DNA of 64,000 nucleotides from contig MU053934.1 in the NCBI GenBank assembly GCA_013239625.1, forward strand, positions 7,086,399-7,150,398. Reading direction: 5' to 3'. Origin of the DNA: Lama guanicoe (taxonomy: Eukaryota). This document shows, piece by piece, positions 1-13,960 of the stretch (the stretch's first letter is position 1; each line of letters begins with the position of its first letter). The translations under genes and the position numbers were made by a program. Under the pieces are notes generated by a model that saw only the letters and a list, made by a program, of their open reading frames with translations, made no database searches and was not told where the DNA came from.

Positions 1-141
1 TGTCTTTTTTTTTTGTGGTGGGACAATTAGGTTTCTCTGTTTGTTTGTTTGTTTGTTTGTTTTAATGGAGGTACTGGGGACTGAACCCAGCACCTTGTGC
101 ATGTTAAGCACACTCTGTACTACCTAGCTATACCCTCCCCC
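1..141 (-). mobile_element. tRNA-derived SINE (Vic-1-like)
   Basis: Reverse complement of ggggagggtatagct...gggttcagtccccagtacctcc with (TTTG)n tail. Confidence 0.85.
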
Positions 142-143
142 AC

Positions 144-518
144 GAAAATACAATTTTTAAAGATTAAATTCTCAACAGAGAGGGGCTTAAAAAGCAGATT
201 AGATACAATGAAGAGTTAGCTGGAGGGTGAAGATGGAAGAGAAATATGCAGAAATTACTCAGCATGCAGCAGAGAGACAAGGAGACGGAAAACACAAGAG
301 GCAAAGAGACAAGCGGGTAGAGTGAAAAAACATGGCAGGGTCTAACCTGAGTCCCAGAGGCCGAGGCTGGAGGAAAGGGAGCAAAAGGAGAGATAATGGC
401 AGAGAATTTTCAGAAACGATGCAAATCATGAATCCACAAATATAGGAATCACAACATATATTGAGCAGAACAAATAAAAATAATCTAAACCTAGGTATGG
501 TTTGAGAGAAGTGCAACG
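144..518 (+). mobile_element. Ancient L1 ORF1 fragment
   Basis: A/G-rich; gagtcccagagg...agagaattttcagaa...atgaatccacaaat ORF1-like run. Confidence 0.55.
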
Positions 519-1168
519 TTTAGACACCTCCTCTGAGCTCCCGTGCTGCTCCCTTGGTCAAGGCCAGCTCCTCCGACTTCATAGCCGGGCTCAGGGACTT
601 GCAGGGCTCACTCCGCTGCTCCCAAGCTCCAGACTCTCCTGAGAGCTGCTTGTCCTCCCCGCTCCCTCTCCCTTTGGAGGCCCGGTGGCTGGCCCTTACC
701 ACCCCCTGCACCACTGCCCGGTCCCCAGATCTCACCAGGCTCAGTCTTGCAGCCTCTCTGTCCTCAGCCGCAGGAGGCCTGGGTGCAAGTCCTGCCACTG
801 AGCCTGAGTGGTCCTGGCCAAGTTCCTCGCCCTCTCTGGGCCTCAGCTTCCAGCCTCAGTTTGCTCCCCACCCCACCTGCAGGAAAGGCTGTGGCAGCTG
901 CAGAGTGCAGCCCACCCCGAGGGAGTTTTGGATTCTTTGAAGGAGGAGGAAGGAGGAGTCCCTTGGGTCTTAAAACATCTCCCTTCTTACCCTGAGCAAG
1001 TCCTGTCTTGCTGGGTGGTTCCTCTAGGTGCCCAACTGCCGCTGTCAAAGGCTAGACCAGACCCAGCCAGGCCTCTCATGGGCACCATGAGTGCCCTGCC
1101 TGGGATATAGGCCCATGGCTGGCCAATAATTGATGGCCTCAGCCCAGGCTCAGGTCCTTCATCACTAA

Positions 1169-1787
1169 TGTCAACAATATAAAATGAATCAACAGCGGGG
1201 AGGGTATAGCTCAGGTGGTAGAGCACGCACTTAGTATGCATGAGGTCCTGGGTTCAATCCCCAGTACTTCCTCCAAAAATACATAAACATAATTACCTCC
1301 CTCCACACCAAAATAAAATAATTAGATAATACAATAATTAGTAAAATGTTTTAAAAATGAATCAACAGTCGATCTAAGAAAGAAATGGAAAATTTTGCTC
1401 CTGCCAACCTAAGGATTATAATATGGGAAAGCTCTGAGGACTGTTTGGCCCACTAGAGGTCAAAGCCCAGTTACGCAAGTTTTCGAGACAAAGGGTTTAC
1501 GTCAAACGACGTGTTATTGACAGTTTAGACAATCCAGATCTACGTGTGCAAAGTGAGCAGTGGGTCATGGGTCACTGTGGCCCCTTACAAGATTAAGACA
1601 GGAGGTATTTCCTAAGGAGCAGTGACCCTCGATGAGATTAAGAAGGAATGTCATCTCCTAAGGAGGTCTGGCCAGCGCAGCTGCACAGCTCACGCTGCAG
1701 GGGAGGGAGGAGGCCCAGGAGGGCAAAGGAAAATTTAATGTTTAAATTTTTCTTGTTTTGCCATAAAATAGGAACTTCATTTCCTCA
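1169..1787 (-). mobile_element. Probable solo ERV LTR (interrupted by a SINE)
   Basis: TG...CA termini and LTR-like layout; family not determined. Confidence 0.5.
1197..1353 (+). mobile_element. tRNA-derived SINE (Vic-1-like), perfect 15-bp TSD
   Basis: A box (tagctcaggtgg), B box (ggttcaatcc); TSD aaaatgaatcaacag at 1181-1195 and 1354-1368. Confidence 0.92.
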
Positions 1788-4569
1788 CTGTAAGCTACGA
1801 CCCTGTGAGTCTTGCTCTCCCATTAGCCAGCGCTCTGACTCCTGCCATGTATTTATGATTCTTGTCCACTGAGCACCCACAGTGGGGCTGGCTCGGCTCC
1901 AGAACCTTCTGGGCCTCTGTTCACCAAACAAATGAGTCTCCAGGAGGCAAAATCAAGAACACAGGGGAGGGAACGTGACGGATAGGTGGCTTTGCCCTCG
2001 CCAAGCCTTATCAGGTGGGACCAGACAACTGTCTCCAAGTTGCAGCCAGGGAAAGGGGTGGGGGCTGCAGCCAGTGAGGGGCTGGCAGCAGGGGCTGCGC
2101 TGGGCTTTGGGGCCAGGCACCGGGACCCCAGGGCTCTGAGAAAGGCCTTCTTCTCCACCAGGTTTGTGCAGCTGGGCCCAGACCCAGCAGGATCAGGACA
2201 ACGTTATCCCACAGCCAACGATTCACAACAGGAAATTCCTCCTGGACAGGTGAGGCCTCCCAGACGGTGGAAGCGTAGAAAACTAACAAGATGGCTACTG
2301 AGCTGTTCAGGCCTGTGCTCTGAGCTCAGCTGATCTTTTGACTAACAGGCTCCCCTCCCTGTGCACTCTCTTCTTAGAATAACTCAATTTTTTTCACTCT
2401 AGAGGTCTTGAAAAGGTCATGGACTGAACGTCAAGAAAATGGGCAGAGCCTCCTAAATTCCCCCATAACAACAGCAAGTTCTTATCAAGATGAAGACAGT
2501 GTAACACCCTGTAAAATGCCCTGATTGTTATCACCGTTCCTGTTTCGTTCAGGTTTTCTATAAAACCTCAAGACCCCAACCCCAAGATGGGTTCACAGTT
2601 TCCAAGGCTGATGTGACTCCCCTTTGCCAGGCAAAGCAGTAAAGCTGCTCTTTGCTTTGCTCTCAAAAGTCTGCCTCTGAGTTGGAATTTGCTTTTCAGG
2701 GTCCAGAGGCTAACAAGGGTGAGGCCAGGGTGAGTGGAGAGCTTGGAGCCCCATCTGTCTCTGTGGGCGGCCTGGGGCCGGGCCCGCGGCGCCACGGGTC
2801 TATCAGTGTCTCGCCAATCGGCAGAATTCGGCTGCCCATGGGTCGGATCTGACTTTCTCTGACTATCCCACTCTAAGCTGCTTTGGCCTGTCATTTGAAG
2901 TAAAATAAAACAACCAAGAGATAGAACTAGTCCACTAATCAACTTAAAAATGTTTCCCCTGAAAAGCGGGACGAAGGACAGTGCTGCCCAGAAACATGTC
3001 AACCACTTGGGAACCATGACAGAGCTTTAAATTGTGCCTTGAATCATAGACACACGTGGGAGGGGGGCAGGCATCCCCCATACTCGCAGCATTGAGACCG
3101 GGCTCCCTGGACCGGAATCTGTCTCTGGGTCTCCTTGGGGGTCAAGGGGAGAGAGGAGGGGCAGAAATGCCAGGGAGCCTCTGTCCCTTTAGGCCAGAGG
3201 AGGAAGGGGCTGGGGCCAGGGTGGACTCCCTCCCCACCTCCAACAGTCTCCCGGCCTTGGGCTTGCCTGGGTGCAGTGTCACTCAGCTGCTCATCCTCCA
3301 GGAGACCGGGTCTCTCGGAGCCTCAGTTTCTTCATCCTCAAAGGGGAAATTATACTCATCTCTCCCCCCAGGTTCAGGGTGAAGTGCTGTTCACCTGGGG
3401 GTCTGGGCAGGGAGGGCACCATGGAGGTGCACGGGGTGACCCCATCAGCCATGAGGGCTTATGGCTCAGTGGCCTGTGGCCTCCCTCCCTCAGCTCTCTC
3501 TGGACACTGGTGAGGCTTTCTGTCCACACAGCTTTTGCCCAAACCAAATTATCTGGGCACCTGGCTCCAGTTCCAGCAGACTCCCTTGCTACTGCACCCT
3601 CCCCAAATGGACAAGACCAGCAGATTAAATATCAATTATGTCCCCATAACTTGCAGCTGGGTTTTCCTGGCCTAATGTGACATTTTTCTAAGTGAGAGGA
3701 AGAAATCAAAGAGGCAGACTCCTGACATTTCCAAAGTGCCTTTGGTGCTCTGGTAAGTTCCAGGGAGACTCTCTCACTTACCCACCTGCCCAAGCCCTAT
3801 CTACACCTCTTCCAGGAAGCCCCAGAAATGTCCCAGCTTCGGCCACTCCTAAGTACGTCCCCTCCTCAAGTAGGATTGTCTTTCCCTTTGGGCTCTGAGT
3901 CCCTGTCCTCCAGCTGGGGCCAACCAGGAGCAATGGACCGGACAGCCCCTCCCTGGATGTGCAGGATGGTCTGAGAACTGTAAAGTCACCCCAGATGCAC
4001 AGACTCAGCATCCTTATCACCAACATCACCATCATTTCTCCTTCAAAACAGCCTTAGAGCTGGACCTGTCCCAGCTCTGCCACATGGGTAGTACCTGCGT
4101 GCTTTGAGCAAATCCCCTGGCTTCTGCACCTGTCTCCTCCCCTGCAGAATGGTGGTAACAGTGGACAATAGGCTGGGTGAGCTTTTAATAGGGAAGTGAG
4201 CATATGGCCCAGGCAGGGCCAGGCACACCACAGGGCTCAGCAAAAGGGGCCAGTTTCATGGTGGCCACTGCCCAGCCCCTGCCTGTCATTCCAGCGCACA
4301 TGTGGTCCTTTAGTTTTAAGTAAATTTTAAAGAAAACTCACAATTGTTGAAATAAGAGAAATAAAATGTAGGAGTTCAAAAACTAACAATAGTGACAATA
4401 GCACATCTTTAATAAATGGTGTAGAGTCAATGAGATATCCATACGGATGTAAGTGAATTTTGACATCCTTCAATTCTCAGTGTATTGAGAATCAAACAAT
4501 GAGAAGGGTAAACAGTAAAGTTTCTAGAAGAAAACAAGGGACTATCCTCACTGGGTTACACAAATACTT

Positions 4570-4765
4570 TTTTTAAAATTTTTACTTGTTTTTGCATTGC
4601 TTTGTTTTTGTTATTTTGCTTTGATGGGGAGGTAATTAGGGGGTTTTTTTGTATGTATGTATGTAAGTATGTATGTATGTATGTATGTAATGGAGAGACT
4701 GGGGATCGAACTCAGGACCTCATGCATGCGAAGTATTCACTCACCACTGGGCTATATTCTCCCCC
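4570..4765 (-). mobile_element. tRNA-derived SINE with (TATG)n tail
   Basis: ggggatcgaactcaggacctcatgcatgc...gctatattctcccc. Confidence 0.8.
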
Positions 4766-4793
4766 AAGATTTCTTAAAAAGCACGTAAAAAGC

Positions 4794-4912
4794 GTTCATG
4801 TATAACTGAAAAATTGTGCTCTACACTGGAATTTGACACAACATTGTAAGATGACTATAACTCAATAAAAAAATGTTAAAAAAAAAGACCACAAAAACAA
4901 CAGGACAAAAAA
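4794..4912 (+). mobile_element. Short young L1 3' tail
   Basis: Near-identical to 50309-50400; flanked by aaaaagcac..aaaaagc direct repeats. Confidence 0.75.
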
Positions 4913-6028
4913 AAAAAGCACACAAAAAGCACTAACCACAAAAGAAATGATGAATAAACTGAGCTACACTAAAATTAAGAATTTCTGTTTATTAAGAGAG
5001 AGAAAGAGGTAAACTGCAGAGTGGAAAAAGATATTTGCAGTATAAATTTATGAGAAAGGTCTGTGTCTAGAATATACAGGAAACTACAAATCAACGTGGT
5101 AAAGAGGATCGAAACAGGAACGAACGATTTCACAGAAGAGGATCTGAAAGTGGTCAGTACTAAAAGCACAGCCCTATTAGTCACCAAGGAATGCGATTAA
5201 AAGCATCCTGCCACATTATAGCACTGCTCACAGCCCAGCAGGGCTCAAGTGAAAAGACAGGAGCCGCGCAGAGCCGGTGCGACTGTGGCAGGACTCGGTG
5301 CCCAGGCACTGCTCATGAGTGTGCGCATGGCTACAGCCTCTTTGGAAAACCTTATGGCAGTATCTTCCGAAGACACACATCCCACAACCTGGCAATTCCA
5401 TCCCCGTGGTACGTGCAACAGAAAGTACACGGATGTTCCCCCCAAATCTTGTACCTGAATGCTCACAGCAGCTTCATTCATAATAACCCAAACCAGAAAC
5501 AACCCAAAGTCCATCAACAAGAGAATGGATACTTACCTGTGGTGTATTCACAAAATGGAAAAATACACAGCACTGAAAACGAGAAAATCACACCACCACA
5601 ACAGCGTGGACAAAGCTCACCAATGCAAGACGGAGGGAGAAGAGCTAGACACACAGAAAGGGACAAAAGTGGGCAGAGCTGGGGGGGGTTTGAGAGACCT
5701 CGTGATGGGAGGCCGTGGCTGGGAAGGGCCCAAGACAGCTTTCTGGGGCTGGTTTTACGGTAGCATCACTTGTGAAAATCCATCCTGTTGTGTGTATTTT
5801 TGTTGTCATGGAATACTTCAAGAAATTACTTTAAAAAAGTAACAGTAATAATTCAAAAACCAACTCCAAATCCTGTCCCGGAAGAAAGCTGACATGGTGA
5901 CAGTTTTCCCCAAACGCATCTTTACCTGGGTTTAGGATGCATGTCACACCATACATCCCATGTTGTTTCCTGATTCTCCATTCCTACTAAACTGGAAGAT
6001 CCTAAAGGCCACTTGGCTTGACTGTGCC

Positions 6029-6270
6029 TGTGATGATCAGCTTTCTGTCAGCACGGTTGGGCTATCGACACAGTTATTCAATCAAACACTCATCTGGGTA
6101 CAGCTGTGAGGTGTTTTGTTGATGTGTTCAATCTCCTGTATAGTGTGGGTGGGCTTGATCCCACACATTGAAAGGCCTTAAGAGCCAAACCACTGGTTCG
6201 CCAAGAAGAAGAAATTTCGCCTGTGGCAGCACTGTCACCTGGTGGCCTGCACTGCACGTCCCAGACCCTG
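6029..6270 (+). mobile_element. MLT2-like LTR fragment
   Basis: tgtgatgatcagcttt...attcaatcaaacact...gtgggtgggcttgatcc. Confidence 0.6.
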
Positions 6271-6722
6271 ACTCAGGTCAAATCTGGGCTCAGACACTAG
6301 GGGTGCTTCCCCAGGAGGCTGCAGTGTGACCCCAGGTGCTCTATGTCTCTGGCAAGTGTCTCTCTGCTGGCCTCTGGCTTTGGAGAAGGTTTCTCCAAAT
6401 TCTGCCCTGATATTTAGAAAAACTAATGACGTGCCATTGACTTAATCCTCAGCCCAGTAAACAAAACGAAGAGGCGGCACTCACGCCAGTGGAGCCAGAC
6501 AACGGGGTGCTGTCCTGGGTCCCCACTTCGCAGCCTGTGACTGTGAGCAAGTCACTGCACCTCTGTGGCCTTAGCGTCCTCACCTGGAAGTCCAGGTAAA
6601 AGTACCTGCCAGAAAACTCATTGTGAGGATTGGAGTGTGAACATGTAAGGTGCTTAACACAGCGCACAGAGGGACGGCTTCGCTAAATGCTGGCTAAGAT
6701 GATTATTATTTGGTTTTTATTA

Positions 6723-7168
6723 CAGTAACCCCCCCGTTATCTGTGGAGAATATGTTCTAAGTACCCCGGTGGGTGCCTGAAACCACAGAAGGTACAGAAC
6801 CCTACAGACACTGTGTTTTTCCTGTATATATGTACCTATGGTAAAGTTTAATTTATAAATTAAGCACAGTAAGAGATTAACAATAATAACTGATAATAAA
6901 ATAGAGCAACTATAACAGACTGTAATAAAAGTTATGTGACTATGGGCTCTCTCAAATATCTCATCATACAAATTTAATGACTTTTCCCAGCCTAACTACA
7001 CACTTACACGCTGTGGCTGTAACTTTTGCAGTTTGAGGTGCGACAGCAAAACAACCTGAATTTCTTTTTTCTTCTTTGCAATTTCACAGATAGTGGATAT
7101 TTTTCATGCTATAGATCTCAGCAACCTCATCATACGATTTTTTTTTCTTTCCATAAGCGGAGAACTTA
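6723..7168 (+). mobile_element. MER44/Tigger-type DNA transposon fragment
   Basis: TA+cagtaacccccccgttatctg terminus; aagtttaatttataaatt.gcacagtaagagattaacaa. Confidence 0.75.
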
Positions 7169-7362
7169 ATTTGGTTTCATTCACAATTCTCCTCATCTCT
7201 TTCACCACCAAATCAAATCAAGGGGTGTACTGTGGACCCCAACAGGTCTCTGAGCAATGGGAAGGGTGGAGAGACATTCGTGCACAACCTCTGTTACTGC
7301 AAGGATGCTGCACGTGCGTTTGGTGCTCCCTCAAAGCTGACGTCACCTTGGCTTTTCCTTGT

Positions 7363-7470
7363 GGGGAGGGTATGGCTGAAACTTACCATGCACGAGGTCC
7401 TGGGTTCAATCCTCAGTACCTCCCCCAAATATAAATAAATAAATATACCTAATTACCTCCCCTTCATGAA
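7363..7470 (+). mobile_element. tRNA-derived SINE, internally deleted
   Basis: TSD tggcttttcctt at 7349-7360 and 7474-7485. Confidence 0.8.
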
Positions 7471-7504
7471 ATGTGGCTTTTCCTTTCTATGATGAAAAGG
7501 CAAT

Positions 7505-7760
7505 GGGATAGTGGCTGCACCAATTTACATTCCCACTAACAGCGTACAAGAGCTCCCTCTTCTCCACATTCTTGCCAAGATTTGTTATTTATGTTCTTTT
7601 TGATGATGGCCATTCTGACAGGTGTGAGATGATACCTCATTGTGATTTGGATTTGCATTCCTCTGATATTAGTGATGCTGAGCAACTTTTCATGTTCCTG
7701 TTGGCCGTCTGCATTTCCTCTTTTGGAAAAATGTCTGTTCAGTTCTTCTGCCCATATTTT
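7505..7760 (-). mobile_element. L1 ORF2 fragment
   Basis: [24 protein letters not shown] in ORF 7536-7961. Confidence 0.85.
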
Positions 7761-8094
7761 AAAGGGGGTGGTGGGTGGTTGTTTGCTTTTTAATTGAAGT
7801 GCAGTTGATTGAAAATAAATACACTTTAGAAAAAAAGAAAGAAAAGACAGCGGGGCATTCACACGCACACACACCATCTCTTCTCCTGAGCCTGGGTTTT
7901 CGGTGATAAACAGCGTGGAGGCATCAAGCACATCCCCCTGCTGCACACACTGCGGAGACATCAGAGGTTCTGTTCAAACATCAAAAATATCTACAAGTCC
8001 CCATGGGCGGGCTTCACTGCTGTCCCACCTGGTGTGCAGCTTATGACGAGGAATTCTGCCAACTGTATGTCACACTTTCTGAATGCAGAGCCTT

Positions 8095-8484
8095 GGGCAG
8101 TGTACTCATGTACACGCGATGCCACACACTGGGCTGCATAAACAACAGAAATTTATGTTCTCACAGTTCTGGAGTCCGGGAGTTCAAGATCGCTGTGCTA
8201 GCAAGGTCGGATCCTTCTGAGGCCTCTCTCCTGGGCTTGTAGCCAGCTGCCGTCTCCCTGTCTTCCCATGGTCTCCCCTTGTGTGTGCGTCTGTGTCCTC
8301 ATCTCCTCTTCCTGTAAGGACAGCCATCACAGGGGATTAGAGCCCCACTCCCTGACCTCATTGAACTGAACCATCTCATTAAAGACCTTATCTCCAAGTG
8401 CAGTCACATTCTAAGGTGTTGGGGGCTCAGACTTCAACTTATGAGTCTCGGGAAGAGCGGGGACACACACTTCAGCTGTTAACA
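8095..8484 (-). mobile_element. MLT1A-like MaLR LTR
   Basis: aaacaacagaaattta..tctcacagttctggag...gagttcaagatc. Confidence 0.8.
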
Positions 8485-9963
8485 GACAGGTTTTCCTACT
8501 TTCTTAGCAACAGCGTGACTGGCTTCTCTTTTCTTACGAGAAGAAAGAGCACATTGAACGGCTTCTTTATGGTTTGGACATCTTCTCTGCCTTTATTGTC
8601 AAAATTCATCAGTTTTGTTCTTGAAAGAATTATCTTTTTTTGCTTGTTCCAGAAATAGCCCTATGGGTTTACCCAGTATCATCTTTGAAAATGAGCTCCC
8701 ACCACTCGTACACTAACTGACAAAAGTTGCATCAATCACTGTACTGGGATCCAGGGCCAGATGGACCCAACAGAACCACTGTCCACTCCACATCGGCATC
8801 CTTCCTCCTTGCTCCTTCCTTCTCTAGTTGCTTTGTGGAAGCATCACACCTGCACTTTTGCTGGCCCAGAACATGCAGACCCACACACTCTCTGCCTTTG
8901 CATTGCTTTCTTGCTCCTGTATTTATGTTACAACATCATTCTGGGTTCTAGAATTTACACATCTTATTGCATCCTGACATTTATGCCTTAGTGCATTGCT
9001 TTGAGCCATGTATTCCATCTCTGAGCTTTGGGGCTATAATGCAATACCACAGTAACAAAGAAAATGCAAACAACACGTGTAAACTCTAACAGGAAAATGA
9101 TATGAAAATGCGCCAGCTGAGGGGAACTGGCCACCAGCGCTCAATTACGGCCTTCGAGGACCTGATGATTATTCATAACATGGGGAGATTTCTGTGAGTT
9201 GTCATCATCAATCTTACATCACACATTGGTGAAATTTATGGAACAGATTTGTATTTGTTGCTCTTTTCTCTATCAGCGCAAACTCCCCGAAGGACCCTCG
9301 GATAAGCAAATCAGAATCTTCCCAGACTCAACTTGGGAGCAACCCTGTGCTCCAGCGATGGGAGGAAAAATCCAGAGTGGCCTCTGCCTTCAAGGCCTTA
9401 CGATCTTTCATGAACATGTGCACTGCAAGAGAGAGGCTGTGAAGATGAGGCCATGTTGCAATGGGGAGTGGGGAGCAGGGGGAGCCAGGCTTTGGCATCC
9501 AAAGACCTGGGTCCTAATCCCAGCTCCGCCATCTACTAGCTGTGTCATGAACCCCCCCACCCAACTGTCTGGTTCCCACAGAGCACCAGCTCTTACGGGA
9601 CCACCCTCAGGCTGCTCTTGATTGTCAAGTTGGGTGGGTCCTGAATGGAGCAAAGCCAATCAGAGCCCTTTCCCAGGAGTTTATTCGAGCCTGAAGTCAG
9701 GAGGGCTCATGGAGAGGGGGATGCAAGATGCGGTGCTCAGAGCCTTCTTCCTGCTTCTGTCTGGCAAAAAAAGTCACCTAGGTTGAAAGAGGATGGAGCC
9801 AGGTGGAGGGTGACATGAGGAAATTCAGCTGGCCCTAGAGAGCCTACTTTCAGTTTCTGAGGCCCCCTTGCATCTCTGTCCTCTCCATATTTCAGTTTCA
9901 CTGCCCAACCCTTCCCTGGGGACTAGTAGGACCCCACACAGCAGCCTCTTCTCTCACTCACCC

Positions 9964-10484
9964 TGTTACAGAAACGACAGGCCATTCAAGAAACAAGCAC
10001 CACTCGGAGGGTTGGAGTACTCAGATGTATTACGCTGGCGGGCTCACGGGCTTCTGCTCCGAAGCTCTGAGCACCTCCAAGACGTGCACATGAGGTTTTA
10101 TAGGGTAAAGTACAAGCTTGGGGTATTTGGCCAATAAGCATGGAACAGCTTTAGCAGCATTATCATCACAAAAGTGGAGGCGGGGAGGCAGCAAACCAAC
10201 ATTCCAAAGCCAGATATGCATCTTTGAAAATCCAGCTGGCTAGCAAAAAACATGAACAGCAAACCAACACTAATTAACCTAGATTTACAAGTTAGTCTAG
10301 CAGAACTCAGATCGGTATTCCAATACTTAGATTTGTGAGTTATCTTGTTAGCCCAGCCCAGCCTCTCCTTCACATTCCTAGACTTGTGAGTTATCTTGCT
10401 AGGCCAGCCCGGTTTTTCCTTCACAACCCCACCTGGAGGACACCCTCAGCATTTGCCACAATCTCCCTTTCCAACCTCATTAAC
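9964..10484 (-). mobile_element. Probable solo ERV LTR with internal ~51-bp tandem repeat
   Basis: tgtta...ttaaca inverted termini; TATAAAA on the minus strand near 10096-10102. Confidence 0.55.
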
Positions 10485-10489
10485 AAAAC

Positions 10490-11020
10490 AAGTTTTGGTG
10501 AATAAAGCTGGTTTTACAGGACATGCACAAAGTGAGATGGCAGCCAGCAGTCATCCAGTTTTCTGTTCTCTCTCTCTCCAACACCCCCAGCCCGCACCCC
10601 CACGGACCCTGTCCCAAGCTCTCTTCACTCCCTGTACCACCTCCAGAGTCTCCTCCTTTTATCTCTATGTCCACGTGCAGCAATCCAGCTGCACAAGGCC
10701 ACTGCCACAAGCCCCAGAGTCCTCATAGTGACTGCCTGTGGTTCTCCATCGTGACTTCAATCAAGTAAAATTTGGACTCTATCAACTTTTGCCCCAATTC
10801 TATGCTGAATTCTCCTCTGCTCAAGCCCCTGCATGAATATCCACATACCTTTAGCTTAAAATTTCCCCAGTTTTGCTGTTCAGGGAGACACTGCTTTGGG
10901 AAAGGTCCCTGGTGTTCTCCTTGCTTGCTGCAAGTAATAAATCCTTCCTTCTCCGGGTCTTTGGCTTGGCTGTCTTGGGCTCAACACTCATCAGGAGGTG
11001 AACCCAGGTTTTGGGTAGCA
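10490..11020 (+). mobile_element. ERV1-type LTR
   Basis: cagggagacactgctttggga...gtAATAAAtccttcc...gaacccaggttttgggtagca R/U5-like end. Confidence 0.6.
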
Positions 11021-11021
11021 G

Positions 11022-11602
11022 TGTTGCGGAGAGATGGGCCCCGGCCCCTGATGAGTCAAATAACCCAGAGACAAGGTCTTGGAGCTTAGAAGAAAAGAGG
11101 CAATTTTATGCTTTGCTGGGCAAAGGGGACTCCCAGCAGGCTAGTGCCTTCCAAACTGTGAACCCCCTGTGGGGATGGAGTTGGGTGGTTACATAGCCAT
11201 AGCTCAAACAGTAAAGCATTGATAACAATCAACAGATTCATTTTCTCATCAGAAGACTTAGAATGGCATTATGATGCCTCCAGGCGACCAGTTCTAGAGG
11301 CCAGCAGTTACATAAGCACTCAAGGTGTGGTCTTCTTGGTAATTCAGGCTATTTTGTAAGGTTACAGTTCTGTGACCTTCTTCTTGGAAAAGGACTCAGA
11401 AACCAAGCATGATTATTACTTTCAATTACTGGAATAAAATAGAAACAGTGAGATCAATAGCTTTAGTTTTAACAATGGGCCTGGAACTGTGAGTAGCAAC
11501 CGGTCAGTCAGGTCAGTTGACCGTTTTGAGGGCTAGCATAAGAATAAGCAATCTGTTAGCCTAAGTGCGGCCATTTTATTAATCTTCCTTTAGGAGCTCC
11601 AC
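11022..11602 (-). mobile_element. Probable solo ERV LTR
   Basis: tgttg...ccaca termini; LTR-like layout. Confidence 0.55.
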
Positions 11603-11837
11603 ACAGAGAGGCTGTGCAGTGTTCCCACAGGCACCTGGGGCCCTCCCCCGGCCCCCCGGTACATATGCTGCCTGCTGGGCCAGGCTCAAGAAGACCTGTA
11701 CGGGAAGAGCCCACCCTGACAACCCAGTCACTAGGGAGTCTCAAGGGGCCAAGGCACTTGTTTCTGTCAGGGAGTCAAATGCAGTTGGGGTCAATCTTGG
11801 GAGTCTTGACCCTGGTGCAGGAAAATGGATGTGGGGT

Positions 11838-12471
11838 GTGAGGAGGGCCATGTCCCAGGTCTCGGTTGAGCCCCTGGGACGTGCCCCGCCAAGTGTGGGT
11901 CCTTGGCTTCGCACAGTAAAGAATTCAATTGCGAGCCACGGTTCAGCAAAGGTAGATTTACTTAGAGAGATACACACTGCATAGAGTGTAAGGCAAGAGA
12001 AAAGCAAGGAAAGAGGTGTGGGCATTGGGTGCTCGGGTTAAAGTAGAAGTAGGTACACACTCCATAGACAGAGTGCGGGCCATCCCCAAAGAGGAGGGAG
12101 CAACAAAGTGTCGCTAGGCGTGGTGTTGCCAGTTTTTATGGGCTCAGTAGCTTCACACGCCTACAAGTGGGACCATTCCAACTGTCCTGGGAAAGGGGCT
12201 GAGATTCCCAGGAACTGCGCCACCGCCCATTCTTTGGCCCTTTGCGGTTAGCCTTGGGACTGTCATGGCACCTGCAGGCATGTTATTTATCACGCTGTTG
12301 TTATAATGAGCATATATGAAGCGCAAGGTCTACTAGAAGTCAAACCTCTTAATCCTTAAGGCCAACTAGGAGTTGAATCTTCCACCATTTTGGTGAATCT
12401 TCCACCTTTTTGGTGTTAAATTGCTGTCACTCCTTGAGTGGCTGTGCCCTGCCCCCTTCCCTCCTGTCTCA
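11838..12471 (-). mobile_element. Probable solo ERV LTR
   Basis: tgtgagg...ctgtctca termini; aaagaattcaa..gcgagcc U5-like motif. Confidence 0.6.
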
Positions 12472-13960
12472 ACCCCACATCCTGGTGGCTGGGCCTTCCC
12501 TTAGCTCCTGAAGGGCAACTCAGGGTGAGGCCTCTAGGTATTGCCCAGTCCTACTCAAAGACTGGAACAGGTCATCATGTCCTCCTCCCAGCCCTGGAGT
12601 GCCCCCCCTTTGTCCCTAAATTTGTCTCCCCACCTGCCTGCACAGCCATGGCCAAGCCTGCCCCATGGGGAGGGACTCAGGGTGTCTCTGGGATGTCTGT
12701 TGGGTGGGGACCAGTCTCCAGGCCAGACCCTGCCAGCCTCAGTGCCACCAAGGTCCACCTTGATTGCAACCCCTGAAATGCAATTTTGTTCTCACTCAAC
12801 AGCCAGCTGCCTCTCAATTCCTCTTCCTCTTCCTAAATTAGCCTTATCTAGAATGGAAGAGGACCTTGTGGGGTCCTCCCCGGTACTAATCCTTTCCATC
12901 TCCCATTTCTTGTTTGTAGGAAATACGCTTCATTCAGCCTCCTTGATCTTCCCCAATTTCCAAAGGGCAGATTCAAATAGCTGCTGATTAGGGAAGAGAA
13001 GGAGTGTGGACTAGAGAGGAATAGTCAGGAAACAACGATGCAGCCTCAGGGCAGGTCCTGGCTCTTTCTCAAGGGATACTCATAACAATATCTTTGAGCT
13101 CTTCTGCAGGAACGAAGGCTCCCAAAAATGATATGACCAAACTGTCATTTTACAAAGAGGTGATCAAAAAGTACTGAGGGGGAAAGAAACAACGGAAAAA
13201 AATACACTGAAAAAAAAAACTAAAATGTTATGTTAAGTTTTTGGATCTAATTATGCTTATGCTATTTATTATATTTTTAAGTTTTGCAATATGTCCTGAT
13301 TTCTTTACTCTTAATATTCACTTTCATATTTAATTTTATATTCGCAGGTTTTTTTTCCCACATAAAGGAACGTCTAAGCAGTCCACTTACTGTCCAGCTG
13401 TCCCCCTCCTGAGGGGGCACTGCCAGTCTGGGGGTAGTTCCGGTCATTCACCTGGGGACAGGAGTGTGTGGGACCCCCAGGGTCAGATAGGAGGGGTCTC
13501 CCTCCATGTTGCTGACAGTTACAGGGAGGGCTTGCTTTTGGCTCAGCGCCAGCGGGCTTGGTTTAATCCGAGATACAGCTGCGTGTTACTCAGGAGTTAA
13601 ACCTCCCAGGAAGCCCCGAGTGTAACCAGGCTTCGCGAGGCCCCGTGGGCAGCCTGGCCCGCTGCTGGCCCCCCGCCTGCTCCGGCTGTGAGACTTCCTT
13701 CCTACAAGAGACACAGGGCAGGAGGTGGGCTGAGCCCAGAACCACGTAGCTGGCGCCGGCTCTGCTGCACTCCAGTGCCTGTCCTTGGGCGCCTCCTTGT
13801 GCCTCGGTTTCCCCTTTATAAAGACAGATGGTGGTGTTCCTCCCACAAAGAGCCTTGTGAAGGTGAGATAGGTCAATGATGCTGGTGCCTGGCTAGCTCT
13901 GCAAGACTGTGATAAACAAATGCTCCGTATGTTAACCACCCTTATTGACCCTTCAGCGAG

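Larger units (their letters stand above)
4330..5840 (+). mobile_element. Ancient L1M ORF2 3' end/3'UTR, interrupted by a SINE and a young L1 tail
   Basis: ctagaagaaaaca, ttggaaaac...ggcagtatctt, gcaattcca, gaaacaacccaaa motifs. Confidence 0.7.

Noticed and set aside
1197..1270. tRNA gene calls for SINE heads (here and at other copies)
   Set aside because: A/B boxes are present but followed by SINE body, A-rich tail and TSDs; the cloverleaf is degenerate
7180..9260. Possible decayed transposase or pseudogene pieces between repeats
   Set aside because: No convincing protein or repeat match by eye; needs Dfam/tBLASTx
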